From assembly GCA_048884965.1 (NCBI GenBank), contig JBHLQH010000005.1, positions 1-64,000 of the forward strand: a stretch of 64,000 nt of DNA. Direction: 5' to 3'. This document shows positions 19,277 to 29,668 of this stretch, piece by piece. Every line of letters begins with the position of its first letter. Position 1 is the stretch's first letter. The DNA is from Candidatus Thorarchaeota archaeon. Its GTDB lineage: Archaea > Asgardarchaeota > Thorarchaeia > Thorarchaeales > Thorarchaeaceae. The position numbers were made by a program, and so were the translations under genes. The notes beneath the pieces were generated by a model. It made no database searches, had not been told where the DNA came from, and saw only the letters and a list, made by a program, of their open reading frames with translations.

Positions 19277-19882
19277 CTACCCTCGAATAATCTCTAGCAG
19301 TTCTGCGAGACGATTCTTCACATCACTCTCGACGATACTAAGCTCTGCAAGTTTCTTTATTTGATCCACTCTAGATTTTCGATATGTATCATCTGAGATT
19401 TTTCTTTCTCTGCGTTGAACTTCCAGCTTGTCCATCTCTGAATTGATTTCTTTTCTGCGTGTCCTAACAAGCTCGAATCCTTGTTTCAAAGACATCCACT
19501 CAATCATGGCATTACTTCGTTCCTGTTCTATTCTCTCCCTCTTGAGGCGCTCTTCTTCTTTCTGCTTCAGTTCTTTATTCGCCTTACGAATTTCTCTCTG
19601 AATCTCGAAGAGTCTTGCTTCAACTTCTCTCTTCACTTGTACTATTTGTGTTGACATGAGCCATTTCTCATGATATTGGTCAACATGCTCCTTCTCAGTG
19701 ATTTCTTTGCGTTCAAGCCTGCCATCAAGCTCAGATAGATCTGATTGAACTTCGGCAAGCTTGCTTTTCACTTCAGCCAATGAGCTCCTCAATGAAACCC
19801 ATTCTACAGAAAACTGAGACAAGACCTCCTTTGGGTCCATATAATAGGGGTCATCGGGGGATCTATTCGTACCATGGCTCAT
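19277..19882 (-). CDS. Coiled-coil protein with an internal tandem duplication
   Basis: Two ~75-aa units beginning EWVSL/EWMSL, each with an R(K)xI(T/S)xxx(H/Y) turn. Confidence 0.75.
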   Translation of the reverse strand: MSHGTNRSPDDPYYMDPKEVLSQFSVEWVSLRSSLAEVKSKLAEVQSDLSELDGRLERKEITEKEHVDQYHEKWLMSTQIVQVKREVEARLFEIQREIRKANKELKQKEEERLKRERIEQERSNAMIEWMSLKQGFELVRTRRKEINSEMDKLEVQRRERKISDDTYRKSRVDQIKKLAELSIVESDVKNRLAELLEIIRG

Positions 19883-19997
19883 GAAGAAATGCCTCCAAAC
19901 ATGTTCACCTCATATCTTGCAACGACTTAAGGATTTGGAGCTTTTTTATAACTATCTTCTTAAAAGGGGGATTTGCACTTTTTAGCTCGTGTCAGCA

Positions 19998-21065
19998 ATG
20001 GAGCTCGAGATTGAACAACGACTCTCGAATGAGTTGAAACCAATTCCCAAGGATACTTTGAATCTCCTATTTGGTTCCGTCTTCACAGATCACATGTTCA
20101 CGATGAAGTACTCCAATGATTCATGGCATGATGCGAAAATTACGCCCTATGGTTCAGTGTCATTGGATCCCGCTGCACTAGTGCTTCATTACGGCCAAGG
20201 CATCTTTGAGGGAATGAAGGCCTATAGAAGGAATGAAGACATCTACCTCTTTAGACCTAGGGATAATATGGAGCGTATGAACAAATCGGCTGAACGCATG
20301 GTGATGCCAACATTCGACTCGGATTTTGTTCTGAAGGCACTAGAGAATCTTCTCATGATTGAGAAGCAATGGATTCCATCTCAATCTGGCACCTCTCTCT
20401 ATATTCGCCCTACAATGATTGCAATTGAACCCAAGTTGGGTGTTAAGCCCTCCGACGAGTATTTGTTCTACATCATTCTAAGTCCAGTTGGACCATATTT
20501 CAGGGAAGGCTTTGCACCAGTAGGTATCTATGTTGCAGACGAACATGTACGAGCAGCTGATGGAGGGGTAGGCCAAGCAAAGACAATGGGCAACTATGCA
20601 GCTTCATTGATGGCTGGAACTCTGGCAAAGAAAGCTGGCTATTCACAAGTGCTTTGGTTGGATGCCAAGGAACGCAAATACCTCGAAGAGGTTGGAACTA
20701 TGAACATCTTTGTCATTCTTGACGATGAAATAGTAACTCCACCCCTTAGTGGTACAATCTTATCTGGAATAACTCGTGATTCTGTTCTTGCCTTGCTAAA
20801 GCATTGGGGCCACAATGCCATTGAACGTCAGATATCAATTGACGAAGTCATTGAAGGTATAGCATCTGGCAGAGTTAAGGAAATGTTTGGATGTGGAACT
20901 GCGGCAATCATCGCACCGGTCGGTAAGCTCCATTACAAACAGGAGACATATCCGATTGCAAATAGTAATATTGGAAAAATAACACAGAAACTCTTTGATG
21001 AACTAACTGGAATCCAATGTGGCGAAAGAGAAGATCCTTTCAATTGGGTTCATAAAGTCGGATGA
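19998..21065 (+). CDS. ilvE: Branched-chain amino acid aminotransferase
   Basis: FTDHM, LHYGQGIFEGMKAY, YIRP, AKTMGNY, EEVGTMN, LSGITR, GCGTAA. Confidence 0.95.
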   Translation: MELEIEQRLSNELKPIPKDTLNLLFGSVFTDHMFTMKYSNDSWHDAKITPYGSVSLDPAALVLHYGQGIFEGMKAYRRNEDIYLFRPRDNMERMNKSAERMVMPTFDSDFVLKALENLLMIEKQWIPSQSGTSLYIRPTMIAIEPKLGVKPSDEYLFYIILSPVGPYFREGFAPVGIYVADEHVRAADGGVGQAKTMGNYAASLMAGTLAKKAGYSQVLWLDAKERKYLEEVGTMNIFVILDDEIVTPPLSGTILSGITRDSVLALLKHWGHNAIERQISIDEVIEGIASGRVKEMFGCGTAAIIAPVGKLHYKQETYPIANSNIGKITQKLFDELTGIQCGEREDPFNWVHKVG

Positions 21066-21077
21066 CCTCAACTTTGT

Positions 21078-21587
21078 TTATGGAGATTCATCTAAGGAGT
21101 CTCTTTCAGCTGACGATTCTGGTGGCGATTCATCATCCAAAGCATCCCACGCTGGAGGTGGATCAAGGTACGCTTCTGAAGGAATGGTCCGCTCTCTATC
21201 ATACTCATCCCTTGAGGAGTCCTCCTCTGGGACTGCATCATTGATTTCTTTCAAAGTGTCTTCAAGGGTTCCCTTGATTCTTTCTTTTATTTCCTCTTCC
21301 TTCTTGAATTCTTCTTCTTCCTCTTCTGGCAAATCCTCTTCCAGCATTAAGTCATCAAGACTAGTTTCTTCCTCCTCCTCCTCCTCTTCTTCTTCTTCCT
21401 CCGCTGGAAGTCGAAGAGTAGCGACAAGTTTTCCTTCTTCTATCTTCTCTAGAAGTAATCTGAACATCCTTTCGACAACTATGCTTCGCCCTTTCGCCTC
21501 GAATTCGATGTTCCCAATCTCGAATTCCACCTCAGCATAGTCACCCTTATCCTTCTTTCCTTTTGTATCCCGTTCTTCTTCGCTCAT
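21078..21587 (-). CDS. Hypothetical acidic protein with poly-Glu tracts
   Basis: Small N-terminal beta/alpha unit then E-rich low-complexity sequence. Confidence 0.7.
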   Translation of the reverse strand: MSEEERDTKGKKDKGDYAEVEFEIGNIEFEAKGRSIVVERMFRLLLEKIEEGKLVATLRLPAEEEEEEEEEEEETSLDDLMLEEDLPEEEEEEFKKEEEIKERIKGTLEDTLKEINDAVPEEDSSRDEYDRERTIPSEAYLDPPPAWDALDDESPPESSAERDSLDESP

Positions 21588-21705
21588 GCGATTACCCAAT
21601 TTTGGCATTAGCTGGTATCCTAATAAAGACTTCACACTTGCTTTTCTCTGTCCCAAAGCTTATAGTGTGGTTGTGTGTTAGTGCTGGACTGCGAAGGTGT
21701 AGATT

Positions 21706-22206
21706 TTGCCGTCACAGCTATCCGTCGATTATACAAAATGTACAGGTTGCAGGATTTGTGAGTTAGCTTGTACTGCAAGAAATGAAGGGAAATTTCAGCC
21801 CAGTCTAGCTCGTCTAAAGATTGTAAAATATGATGACCTCGGACTTGACATTCCTCATGTGTGTGGTCCTTGTGATGAAGCTCCTTGTGTTGATATCTGC
21901 CCTGTCTATGCTATGCGACGAGATCCAATCACTAAAATGACCTATCTTGATTCGGACAAATGCATTCTCTGCAAGTCGTGTGTCGGTGTATGTGTGCATG
22001 GAGTGATTCTATTAGACACTTGCAGTATGAAGATTATCAAATGTGACCATTGTGGTGGAGACCCCGAATGTGCCAAAGTGTGTCCAACGAACGCTATTCA
22101 GTATGGACCGATAAGGAAACTTACTACTCTAGGGCGCCATGATAAGCTTGCAACATATCTGGAGGAAATCAAGCGAGCAGCTGAAAAAGTGAGTGGGGAT
22201 GCATAG
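21706..22206 (+). CDS. Multi-[4Fe-4S] electron-transfer subunit of the adjacent AOR
   Basis: CTGCRICELAC, CGPC..PCVDICP, CILCKSCVGVC, CDHC...CAKVCP. Confidence 0.9.
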   Translation: MPSQLSVDYTKCTGCRICELACTARNEGKFQPSLARLKIVKYDDLGLDIPHVCGPCDEAPCVDICPVYAMRRDPITKMTYLDSDKCILCKSCVGVCVHGVILLDTCSMKIIKCDHCGGDPECAKVCPTNAIQYGPIRKLTTLGRHDKLATYLEEIKRAAEKVSGDA

Positions 22207-24082
22207 TTTGACAAAGGGTGGCTATTCTGGAAAAATACTCCGAGTGAAACTAACAGAGGGTGACTTTAAAGTTGATCCTCTCCCCAAGCAATGGATAAAG
22301 GACTATATAGGCGGCGATGGATTCGCAGTTCGTCTACTGTATGACGAAGTGCCTGCCAAAACAGATCCACTAAGCCCTGACAATAAGCTACTTGTGGCAA
22401 CAGGACCAATTACAGGTACTATTTGGCCTATGAGTGGCCGAACAGTCTTTATTTCAAAAGCTGCTCAGACTGGAATTTGGGGTGAGAGTCATGTTGGGGG
22501 ATTTCTTGGCCCCGAGCTAAAATATGCAGGATATGATATGTTGGTTGTTGAGGGGAAATCCGACTCCCCAGTTCATATCTCGATTAATGATGAGGATTTG
22601 GAACTGCTCGATGCAAATGATCATTGGGGAATGACAACTGATGCAGTTACATCTGCAGTTCGAAGATACCATTCAGACCCAGATGTTCAAGTGGCTGCAA
22701 TCGGACCTGCAGGTGAGCGACTTGTCCGATTTGCCTCTGTCATAGTAAACAACGCTCGTGCAGCTGGTCGTACTGGAATGGGTGCTGTGCTTGGGTCGAA
22801 GAATGTAAAGACCATTTCAATACGCGGACATGGAGCAGTTGAAGTAGCTGAGCATGAGGAGTTTGTCAATCTGGCGAAGAGAGCCCACAACAGAGTACGT
22901 AAGCATCCACAAGCCAGGGAGATGGGAAAATGGGGGACTTGGATTCTTACTGCAGTAAAGCAGGAAATCGGAGAGCTTCCAACCTATAATCATCGAACTG
23001 GTGTTTTTTCAGGATGGGAAACTCTTAGTGGTGAATACATACGTCCTAGATTTACCGTTAGTGATAGGGCGTGTTTTGGATGCAGTCTTGGATGCAAGAA
23101 GATGAACTATATACGCGAGGGACCTTTTGCAGGAACTCTTGAAGAGGGTCCTGAATATGAGGGTTTGATGGCGTTTGGGTCTCTCCTAGGAATAGATGAC
23201 TTTGCCACAACTCTGAAGGCCAACCAAATCTGCAACAAGTATGGAATGGATATTATCTCAGTTGGTGCTACCATTGCGTTTGCCATGGAAGCATATGAGA
23301 ATGGGATTATTGATAAGAATGATACAAATGGCCTTCATCTGGAATGGAGCAATCCCGAGGTTGCAATTAAGATTCTTCAAAACATCGCTGATCGTGAAGG
23401 CTTTGGTGATTTACTTGCTGAGGGAAGTAAGGTAGCTGCGGAACGGATTGGCAGGGGTGCGGAAGAGCTAGCGATGCATGTCAAAGGACTAGAAATATCT
23501 GGACAGGATGGTCGAACACATAGAAGCATCGGACTATCCCACGCTACCGGCGCACGAGGTGCAGACCACCTTCGTTCTCTTGTTGTAGTTGATCAACTGG
23601 GATATGAAGATGTAGCAACTGAACGCTGGGGTGCAGACAAACTCCCAGAAATTCTGAATCCCTATACCGAGAAATACAAAGCCACTGCTGTATTCGAAAC
23701 TGAGAATGCGTACTGCATTCGAGACACGCTCATTGTTTGCTGGTATTCAGTATCATGGCCTCCCATCTTTTGGATGAAGGACTTTGCTGAAATGCTGCCC
23801 CTTGTTACTGGCGAATCCAGCCTTGGAGATGTGAAGAAGCTGTCAGAAATAGGCGAACGTCAACTCGCACTGAAACGGTTGTTCAATGCAAGAGAGGGCA
23901 TCTCTCGAAAGGATGATAATCTGCCAAAACGGTTCACACATGAACCTATGCCTGAAGGTCCCGGCAAAGGTCAAGTGGTGGATTTGGAATCACTCCTTGA
24001 CGATTACTACAAATTAAGAGGGTGGGACAGAGAAACCGGTCTGCCTACAAAGGAAACTTTACAGAGACTATCCCTGAGCTAG
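22193..24082 (+). CDS. Tungsten aldehyde:ferredoxin oxidoreductase family protein
   Basis: AAGRTGMGAVLGSKN, CFGCSLGC, GPEYE, GMDIIS, DDYYKLRGWD. Confidence 0.93.
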   Translation: MGMHSLTKGGYSGKILRVKLTEGDFKVDPLPKQWIKDYIGGDGFAVRLLYDEVPAKTDPLSPDNKLLVATGPITGTIWPMSGRTVFISKAAQTGIWGESHVGGFLGPELKYAGYDMLVVEGKSDSPVHISINDEDLELLDANDHWGMTTDAVTSAVRRYHSDPDVQVAAIGPAGERLVRFASVIVNNARAAGRTGMGAVLGSKNVKTISIRGHGAVEVAEHEEFVNLAKRAHNRVRKHPQAREMGKWGTWILTAVKQEIGELPTYNHRTGVFSGWETLSGEYIRPRFTVSDRACFGCSLGCKKMNYIREGPFAGTLEEGPEYEGLMAFGSLLGIDDFATTLKANQICNKYGMDIISVGATIAFAMEAYENGIIDKNDTNGLHLEWSNPEVAIKILQNIADREGFGDLLAEGSKVAAERIGRGAEELAMHVKGLEISGQDGRTHRSIGLSHATGARGADHLRSLVVVDQLGYEDVATERWGADKLPEILNPYTEKYKATAVFETENAYCIRDTLIVCWYSVSWPPIFWMKDFAEMLPLVTGESSLGDVKKLSEIGERQLALKRLFNAREGISRKDDNLPKRFTHEPMPEGPGKGQVVDLESLLDDYYKLRGWDRETGLPTKETLQRLSLS

Positions 24083-24102
24083 GACAGGTCCCACACATTT
24101 TC

Positions 24103-24324
24103 TCAGGACCCGCTTCTAGGGATAGAAATATAGAGAACATCCTCGTATCCGAGGATTCCATATCCTGAAGGATTCTCGAGCCTAACCACATCATCAAAGG
24201 CTTCATTGACTTTTACATTCGGAATTTTTGCTAGAGTGTCTTTCTGCGTGTATCTCAAGTATACCGTGAAGACTTGTCCAGTCTGCTTCAGATCTGTGAA
24301 GATAGCTTTCCAGTTGGGCAACAT
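24103..24324 (-). CDS. Small protein, possible Sm/Hfq-like fold
   Basis: GGAGG SD; helix followed by five short beta strands. Confidence 0.6.
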   Translation of the reverse strand: MLPNWKAIFTDLKQTGQVFTVYLRYTQKDTLAKIPNVKVNEAFDDVVRLENPSGYGILGYEDVLYISIPRSGS

Positions 24325-24374
24325 AGTACCTCCTGATATAGAACCAGTGACTCTTGAGTGCATTTAATAGTTGC

Positions 24375-24851
24375 TCATTGTGTAATTGCTCTGGTGTTGT
24401 CTATTTGCGCATACACTTTCGGTGCTAACCCCAATCTTTCGAAACACGCTTCAATCCTCTTAGATGGGTTTTTTCCATCATTGACTCTGAGAATGTGCGA
24501 ACCACATCCTTGCTTACAGTCTCCTGCACCAAAACTCCTTGGTCCTAATGAGAATCGATGTGTCGCAAGTAGCTGCTCGATTAGTTTACATTCCTGATTC
24601 TCTTTCGATTCTGACCATATTGCATCAAGAAGAGTCACGTTGCTGTCTAACAAATAATCGATATGCCAATGCATCTTTTTTTCTCTTCTAAAGTGCCTTC
24701 GTAGCCTGTTTTCAATGGTTGTGGAACCTTTTCCTTGAGCTGAGCCAATATACACCCAATAGCCATCATCAAAGGTTTCTTCTTGTCTAGCTCCCACTTT
24801 TATTGAAAGTCTTTCAGGAATGTAGATTATAAGTGAATAAACTCCCATCAT
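24375..24851 (-). CDS. GIY-YIG nuclease family (DUF123)
   Basis: GVYSL, YIGSA, RLRRH, HWHIDYL, EC, FGAGDC..GC.SH. Confidence 0.9.
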   Translation of the reverse strand: MMGVYSLIIYIPERLSIKVGARQEETFDDGYWVYIGSAQGKGSTTIENRLRRHFRREKKMHWHIDYLLDSNVTLLDAIWSESKENQECKLIEQLLATHRFSLGPRSFGAGDCKQGCGSHILRVNDGKNPSKRIEACFERLGLAPKVYAQIDNTRAITQ

Positions 24852-24857
24852 CTTCTA

Positions 24858-25916
24858 TCATTCCACAATGCTTGATTCTTGCTCTTCTTTCGACACTTTG
24901 ATGGCTGGAAGCAGAATGCTTTTGATGAGGCTCAAGGCTTCTCCCGTGGATAGGACTCCTCCCTGTAATTCGCGAAGTACACGAAATATTGATGGTCCAC
25001 ATGCGCTCCAACCTGTTCGATGTTGAGAAGCTAGAAAAGTACATCCAAATCGCATCATATTACTGCTGGGTTTAATGGTGTGCCCAATTTCCTTTGTGCG
25101 GTATTTTGTAAGAGCAAGGGCTGCAGGAAAATGAACGATGAGTAAACCCTTCACGAATTCAATTGATTGTCTTCCAGTTGGTAGTAATTCTCCAGTAACT
25201 AGTACATCGAGTTCCTTTTCGGTAGCATGCTCCTTTAGCTTCCTCATTGTGATCTCATGACAAGTACCACAAGGATGAATATTTCCAGCTTCCACATTTT
25301 GAATGAGAGATTCTCTCTCACTGAGGTCCTCAATAATCTCTATGTCACTGCCAAGTTCAAATGAAATATCCTTGATACGCGCCTTCTCTCTCGGGTCAAT
25401 GAATCTTGGTCCCATATTAGCTGTGAGGGCTGTAACTGATGAGATTATTCTTGTTGTAGTCAGAAGTGCCGCACTGCTATCTATGCCTCCAGAGAATGCA
25501 ACGCCAACTGATATATCGCGATGCAGTTGATTGAAATCTGATATGTCGCTACGAGGATAATTCATCTCCAGAATGACCAGATTCCTTAGGATGGTCAGGA
25601 ATTCTTTCTGTCTCTGATTTACGATTGATATTAGATCCTCAATCCTAATCAGTGTCAGCTTCAATCTATGAACCTTCATCAGAAGCTCATCTGCACCATG
25701 GATGCTTACTTTTCGGTTCAGTCTCTTTGATAGTTCTGCCGCAATCCTTCCCCCTGGTCCTATCATGAGGCTTTTCTCTGATCGATCTGAAACGATGATG
25801 TGGAGAGATGTCGAGTTCCTCTCAATCACTTCCACAACTGATGGAGGAATCCCCCTCGCATATCCAAATTCCTCTCGAATCGATATGACAAGATTCTCAA
25901 TTGATTCAACAGACAT
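24858..25916 (-). CDS. KH domain plus PP-loop ATP pyrophosphatase family protein
   Basis: DRSEKS.MIGPGG, AFSGGIDSS, HPCGTCH, TGELLPTG, FGC. Confidence 0.8.
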   Translation of the reverse strand: MSVESIENLVISIREEFGYARGIPPSVVEVIERNSTSLHIIVSDRSEKSLMIGPGGRIAAELSKRLNRKVSIHGADELLMKVHRLKLTLIRIEDLISIVNQRQKEFLTILRNLVILEMNYPRSDISDFNQLHRDISVGVAFSGGIDSSAALLTTTRIISSVTALTANMGPRFIDPREKARIKDISFELGSDIEIIEDLSERESLIQNVEAGNIHPCGTCHEITMRKLKEHATEKELDVLVTGELLPTGRQSIEFVKGLLIVHFPAALALTKYRTKEIGHTIKPSSNMMRFGCTFLASQHRTGWSACGPSIFRVLRELQGGVLSTGEALSLIKSILLPAIKVSKEEQESSIVE

Positions 25917-25993
25917 ATTCAAGACCATCCACGTTCCAAATGTGACATATAGTCGATATTGTCATAAGGCCTTTGGATGTTACTAATTTGACA

Positions 25994-26941
25994 ATGTATG
26001 GTAGTGAGATAATCCCGGGCATCTATGTAGTCAAAGGGAAATTCGCAGACGAATTTGGTTTCATATCAAGCTATGTGATAGTAGACGGTGAAACTGCTGC
26101 AATAATTGATCCTGGAACTGCAGGAGATCCTGGAAAGGATACATTGGAGTTCGTAAGAGATCTTGGACTCAATCCGAAAAGCGATATTACAACCATCCTT
26201 TGTACACATGGTCACCCTGATCATATAGGTGGTGCCGGAATCCTGAAGAAAGCCACTGGTGCATCAATTTTAATTCATGAAGACGATGCGGTATTACTCT
26301 CTGAACCAGCAGAGTTCATCAAATCCCGGCTACGATTGGACCTAGCTGGTAGGATGTCGATGAAGATCGATAGGGGACCACTTCGTGTTAATTACCACCC
26401 AGTTGAGCCAGATAGATTGATTGACCATGGAGATGTAATTACTATTGGCGACACTAGAATAAGGGTGATTCATACTGGTGGTCATTCTGCAGGGCATTGC
26501 GTCTTTTATGATTCCGAGAGAAAAGTCCTTTTTTCCGGTGATGAGGTGAACAACTTTCCAAATGATCCACGGAAATTCTATGTTGATCTGAGTGGGAGTC
26601 TTGCCATAAAACGATCTTCACTTGAATCATTACAAAAGCTAAATGTTGAATTCCTTCTTCCTTCCCATGATGTTTCACATATGTTGGGTGAAGTGGGGTT
26701 GCAATTCAGAGAGGTAGCTGATGGAGTATTGCAATTTCAAGATAATGTTCTTAGTCATCTCACCTCAAGAGGTGAAGCTGATATAGAGCAGCTAATTTTT
26801 GATATACAGCAAGCCAGAAGCATTCCAATTCCAACAGATGCCTATTCTTTGTTTACAACAACTCTAGAAGTATGTCTTAAGGACCTATCAAGAGCAGGTT
26901 TGATCAGACGTAATGATAAGGGTATTTGGAAACCAACCTAA
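25994..26941 (+). CDS. MBL-fold metallo-hydrolase with C-terminal wHTH
   Basis: IIDPG, THGHPDHIGG, GGHSAGH, FSGD, PSHD. Confidence 0.9.
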   Translation: MYGSEIIPGIYVVKGKFADEFGFISSYVIVDGETAAIIDPGTAGDPGKDTLEFVRDLGLNPKSDITTILCTHGHPDHIGGAGILKKATGASILIHEDDAVLLSEPAEFIKSRLRLDLAGRMSMKIDRGPLRVNYHPVEPDRLIDHGDVITIGDTRIRVIHTGGHSAGHCVFYDSERKVLFSGDEVNNFPNDPRKFYVDLSGSLAIKRSSLESLQKLNVEFLLPSHDVSHMLGEVGLQFREVADGVLQFQDNVLSHLTSRGEADIEQLIFDIQQARSIPIPTDAYSLFTTTLEVCLKDLSRAGLIRRNDKGIWKPT

Positions 26942-27058
26942 TCACTACGTTCAAGCTATATTCAAAAAGCGTCGTTCTATTGATAGGCGCTGTGGCTTTA
27001 CTTCTGTCAGTAGAGCATAGCAATTCTTCCAGAATATTCAGCAGAAGGGATTTCTACG

Positions 27059-29668
27059 ATGGAAAGCAAGAAACGTGGAGTTCAAACACCCAGCACCGTT
27101 GAAGCAATCAGAATGGCTTCAGCATCCATACTTGGAACCACAACAAGCAGGGGCTATCCTTTGGGTAGTGCAACTGGTTCTGGTAGTATGATGGAGGAGA
27201 ACTCTGAAACAGTCGCACTTAGTGTAACTCCTTTAATTTTTTCACTACGAGATGAGATGCTTGCATCAGAAAATCTTGAGCTACTATCATTGGAATGGGA
27301 CCTTGAGCGGACGCAGAGTCAAGAGGTCTTACCAGAGCACTTGATAATTGCTGGTGGTAAATCTGGAGATGTAGCATCACATGTGTGTGCACTGAGCTGG
27401 GAAACCGGAGTTATTGATCCATTTAGGATGGATAGCTATATTGCGACAATTGCGAAGAAGCTTTCAGATATTGAGAAATCGATTATAGGAAATGAATTGG
27501 ATTACGAGGTTGAAGGTATCAATGTTCTGAGAAGATTCTCTGATCGTTTGAACAATGTCACATTTGTTGAAATGCTTGATCGTCAATTCCAAGAAACATG
27601 GGAAACACAGAAACTTAAACCCGAGAATGTCGATATAGAAACTATTCTGAAGTACGAGTTTCGTGATGATTATTCTGCAAATCCTCCTGGACCAAGATTG
27701 CAGCGACGTAAATCTGCTGATTTCAATCTTCCAGAAGGAAATGAGAATGCGCTTCTTCTCCATCTTCAAAATAGAATCATTTCACCCAAAGGCCTTGATG
27801 CAATTGCTTCTCGTGTTCCTGATATGGGGCGCGATATCCTGTCCGAATTGAACGAATATGCATTCAGCATTGAAGAGGTCGATATAGCTAGAGCTACGAT
27901 TGCTGCATTGACGTCCTTCATTGGAAAGGATGAAGTACGACCTGCAGAATTGAATGACCTTTCGATAAAAGCTGCTGAGTTCACAGAGAAGATGTCAGAA
28001 GTCGCTGAAGTCTATTCTGATGTCCTAGAGAAACATTCCACCTCAGGTGCTCGCCTCGCATTGAATGATCATGAGCAGACTCTCAAAAATCATATTGAAG
28101 ATCACTCTTCGTCCTTAGACGCACTGCAAATTGGATTCGCTAAATCTCTACTTGGTCATATGATGACATCCATTAGACGAGAGTTCCCAATATCTGGTGA
28201 AATTCGTGCTTGGGAGCTCAAAGCTTCATTCTCATATTTTGCTGCCTTCACAAAAAGAGTTCTTGGTTACATCGCAAACGATTTGCAGCAATTCCTATTG
28301 ATCAACTCCGTCAAGAAGGTCATGAGAGAAACTCTCCAAGAATTTAGGAAAGAGGGAGAAGAGCAATCATCAAATAGTACAGAACTACTTCTTTTCCAAA
28401 AATTCTATTCAGAGCTATATTCTCTCCTGAACGCAATCATTGACAGAATCTCCTTTGAAGGAATTCAACGAAAAGAGGTTGAGTCTGTGATTGAGGACAT
28501 CACTGGTGAGATTAGTGACGAGTTCAAGAAAATAGATGTTTGGGATTTGATAGACTTCAATGATCTTGCTGAAATTGCAAGAGCTGAGATTAGGAATCGT
28601 GTGGAATCGCCCGAGGCGAAAGTTACCGCTGAATCACTTATTGCATTATTATCCGAGTTTGAACGATTTGTTGGAGAAACATTGCCTGATGTAGGAGATA
28701 CATTCCTTTCCAAGAAATCTCTCCGTTCTGTAATCAATACCATTGCTGAAACTGGCATCAATCTTCACCAAACACTCACCAAAATAGTAGAAAATGAAAC
28801 AGAGAAGCCTGATGAATGGAGGAAAGAGGCTTTCTTATGGATTGATCAGCTTAGCACACTGATTGATGAATCCATGCCCCTTTCAGAACAGATCTTCACT
28901 TTTATCAAGTTGGGCTATCTTCAGCTAGGCGAAGGAGCCACTCCTGAGGCTGTCCTTGAGCGAACTAGGGAAGAAGCCAAGGACCTAGAATCCGAATATA
29001 ACGAAGTAGTTTCTGAGTGGAAAGACAAATGCAGTGTTATTGAGCAAGAGAATCATCCTATTCGTGAAAATAATGAAAAACGCTCAGCAAAACTGAATGA
29101 AGCTGTCGTTCTATTTGAACAAGAGATGAAGCAATACACCGAGGCTTTTGAAACCCACAAGCAACTTCTTGCAGCATATCAACTCGAAGCAGATTCTACT
29201 GATTCAACTCCTCCAGCACCACCAAAGAAACCTGAAAGTCTGGAAGAGCGTAAGGCACGTATAGAGAAAGAAATCCCCCTATTGCAGGAGAAACCCAAAC
29301 CTCCCAAGCCTGAGCCCTCAGAAAAGATTCTAACCTATATCGAACTTCGCGACCTCTTGGATAAGGAATTTGAACGAATGAAACGAAGTCAAGAAAGGAT
29401 GGAACAGGTCTTTACACTCAAGCTCCGAGCGCTCAAATCCGAAGGTGCAAGAATAACTGAAGAGATAACGATTGGTATCAGCTCTGAATTTCTCGAATAC
29501 TTGATGAATGCAGCAATACGAAAATTGGGTCGTCTATTGCCTCGCGCGAAAAGAGCGTATCTAAGAGACCCTGAGGATTCGAGCTTAGTCTATCTAGTTA
29601 ACTACGAGTTTAAAGGCTCAATACTTACTGTGTCAATCGGAAACAACCTACTGAGGAGGGAGCAATAA
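27059..29668 (+). CDS. Large hypothetical helical/coiled-coil protein (869 aa)
   Basis: Long ORF, E/K/L-rich, Pro-rich turn within the C-terminal coiled coil; start uncertain. Confidence 0.8.
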   Translation: MESKKRGVQTPSTVEAIRMASASILGTTTSRGYPLGSATGSGSMMEENSETVALSVTPLIFSLRDEMLASENLELLSLEWDLERTQSQEVLPEHLIIAGGKSGDVASHVCALSWETGVIDPFRMDSYIATIAKKLSDIEKSIIGNELDYEVEGINVLRRFSDRLNNVTFVEMLDRQFQETWETQKLKPENVDIETILKYEFRDDYSANPPGPRLQRRKSADFNLPEGNENALLLHLQNRIISPKGLDAIASRVPDMGRDILSELNEYAFSIEEVDIARATIAALTSFIGKDEVRPAELNDLSIKAAEFTEKMSEVAEVYSDVLEKHSTSGARLALNDHEQTLKNHIEDHSSSLDALQIGFAKSLLGHMMTSIRREFPISGEIRAWELKASFSYFAAFTKRVLGYIANDLQQFLLINSVKKVMRETLQEFRKEGEEQSSNSTELLLFQKFYSELYSLLNAIIDRISFEGIQRKEVESVIEDITGEISDEFKKIDVWDLIDFNDLAEIARAEIRNRVESPEAKVTAESLIALLSEFERFVGETLPDVGDTFLSKKSLRSVINTIAETGINLHQTLTKIVENETEKPDEWRKEAFLWIDQLSTLIDESMPLSEQIFTFIKLGYLQLGEGATPEAVLERTREEAKDLESEYNEVVSEWKDKCSVIEQENHPIRENNEKRSAKLNEAVVLFEQEMKQYTEAFETHKQLLAAYQLEADSTDSTPPAPPKKPESLEERKARIEKEIPLLQEKPKPPKPEPSEKILTYIELRDLLDKEFERMKRSQERMEQVFTLKLRALKSEGARITEEITIGISSEFLEYLMNAAIRKLGRLLPRAKRAYLRDPEDSSLVYLVNYEFKGSILTVSIGNNLLRREQ

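Noticed and set aside
24375-24851. GIY-YIG gene as a homing endonuclease or mobile element
   Set aside because: Short DUF123 housekeeping type, embedded in an operon, with no intron or terminal repeats
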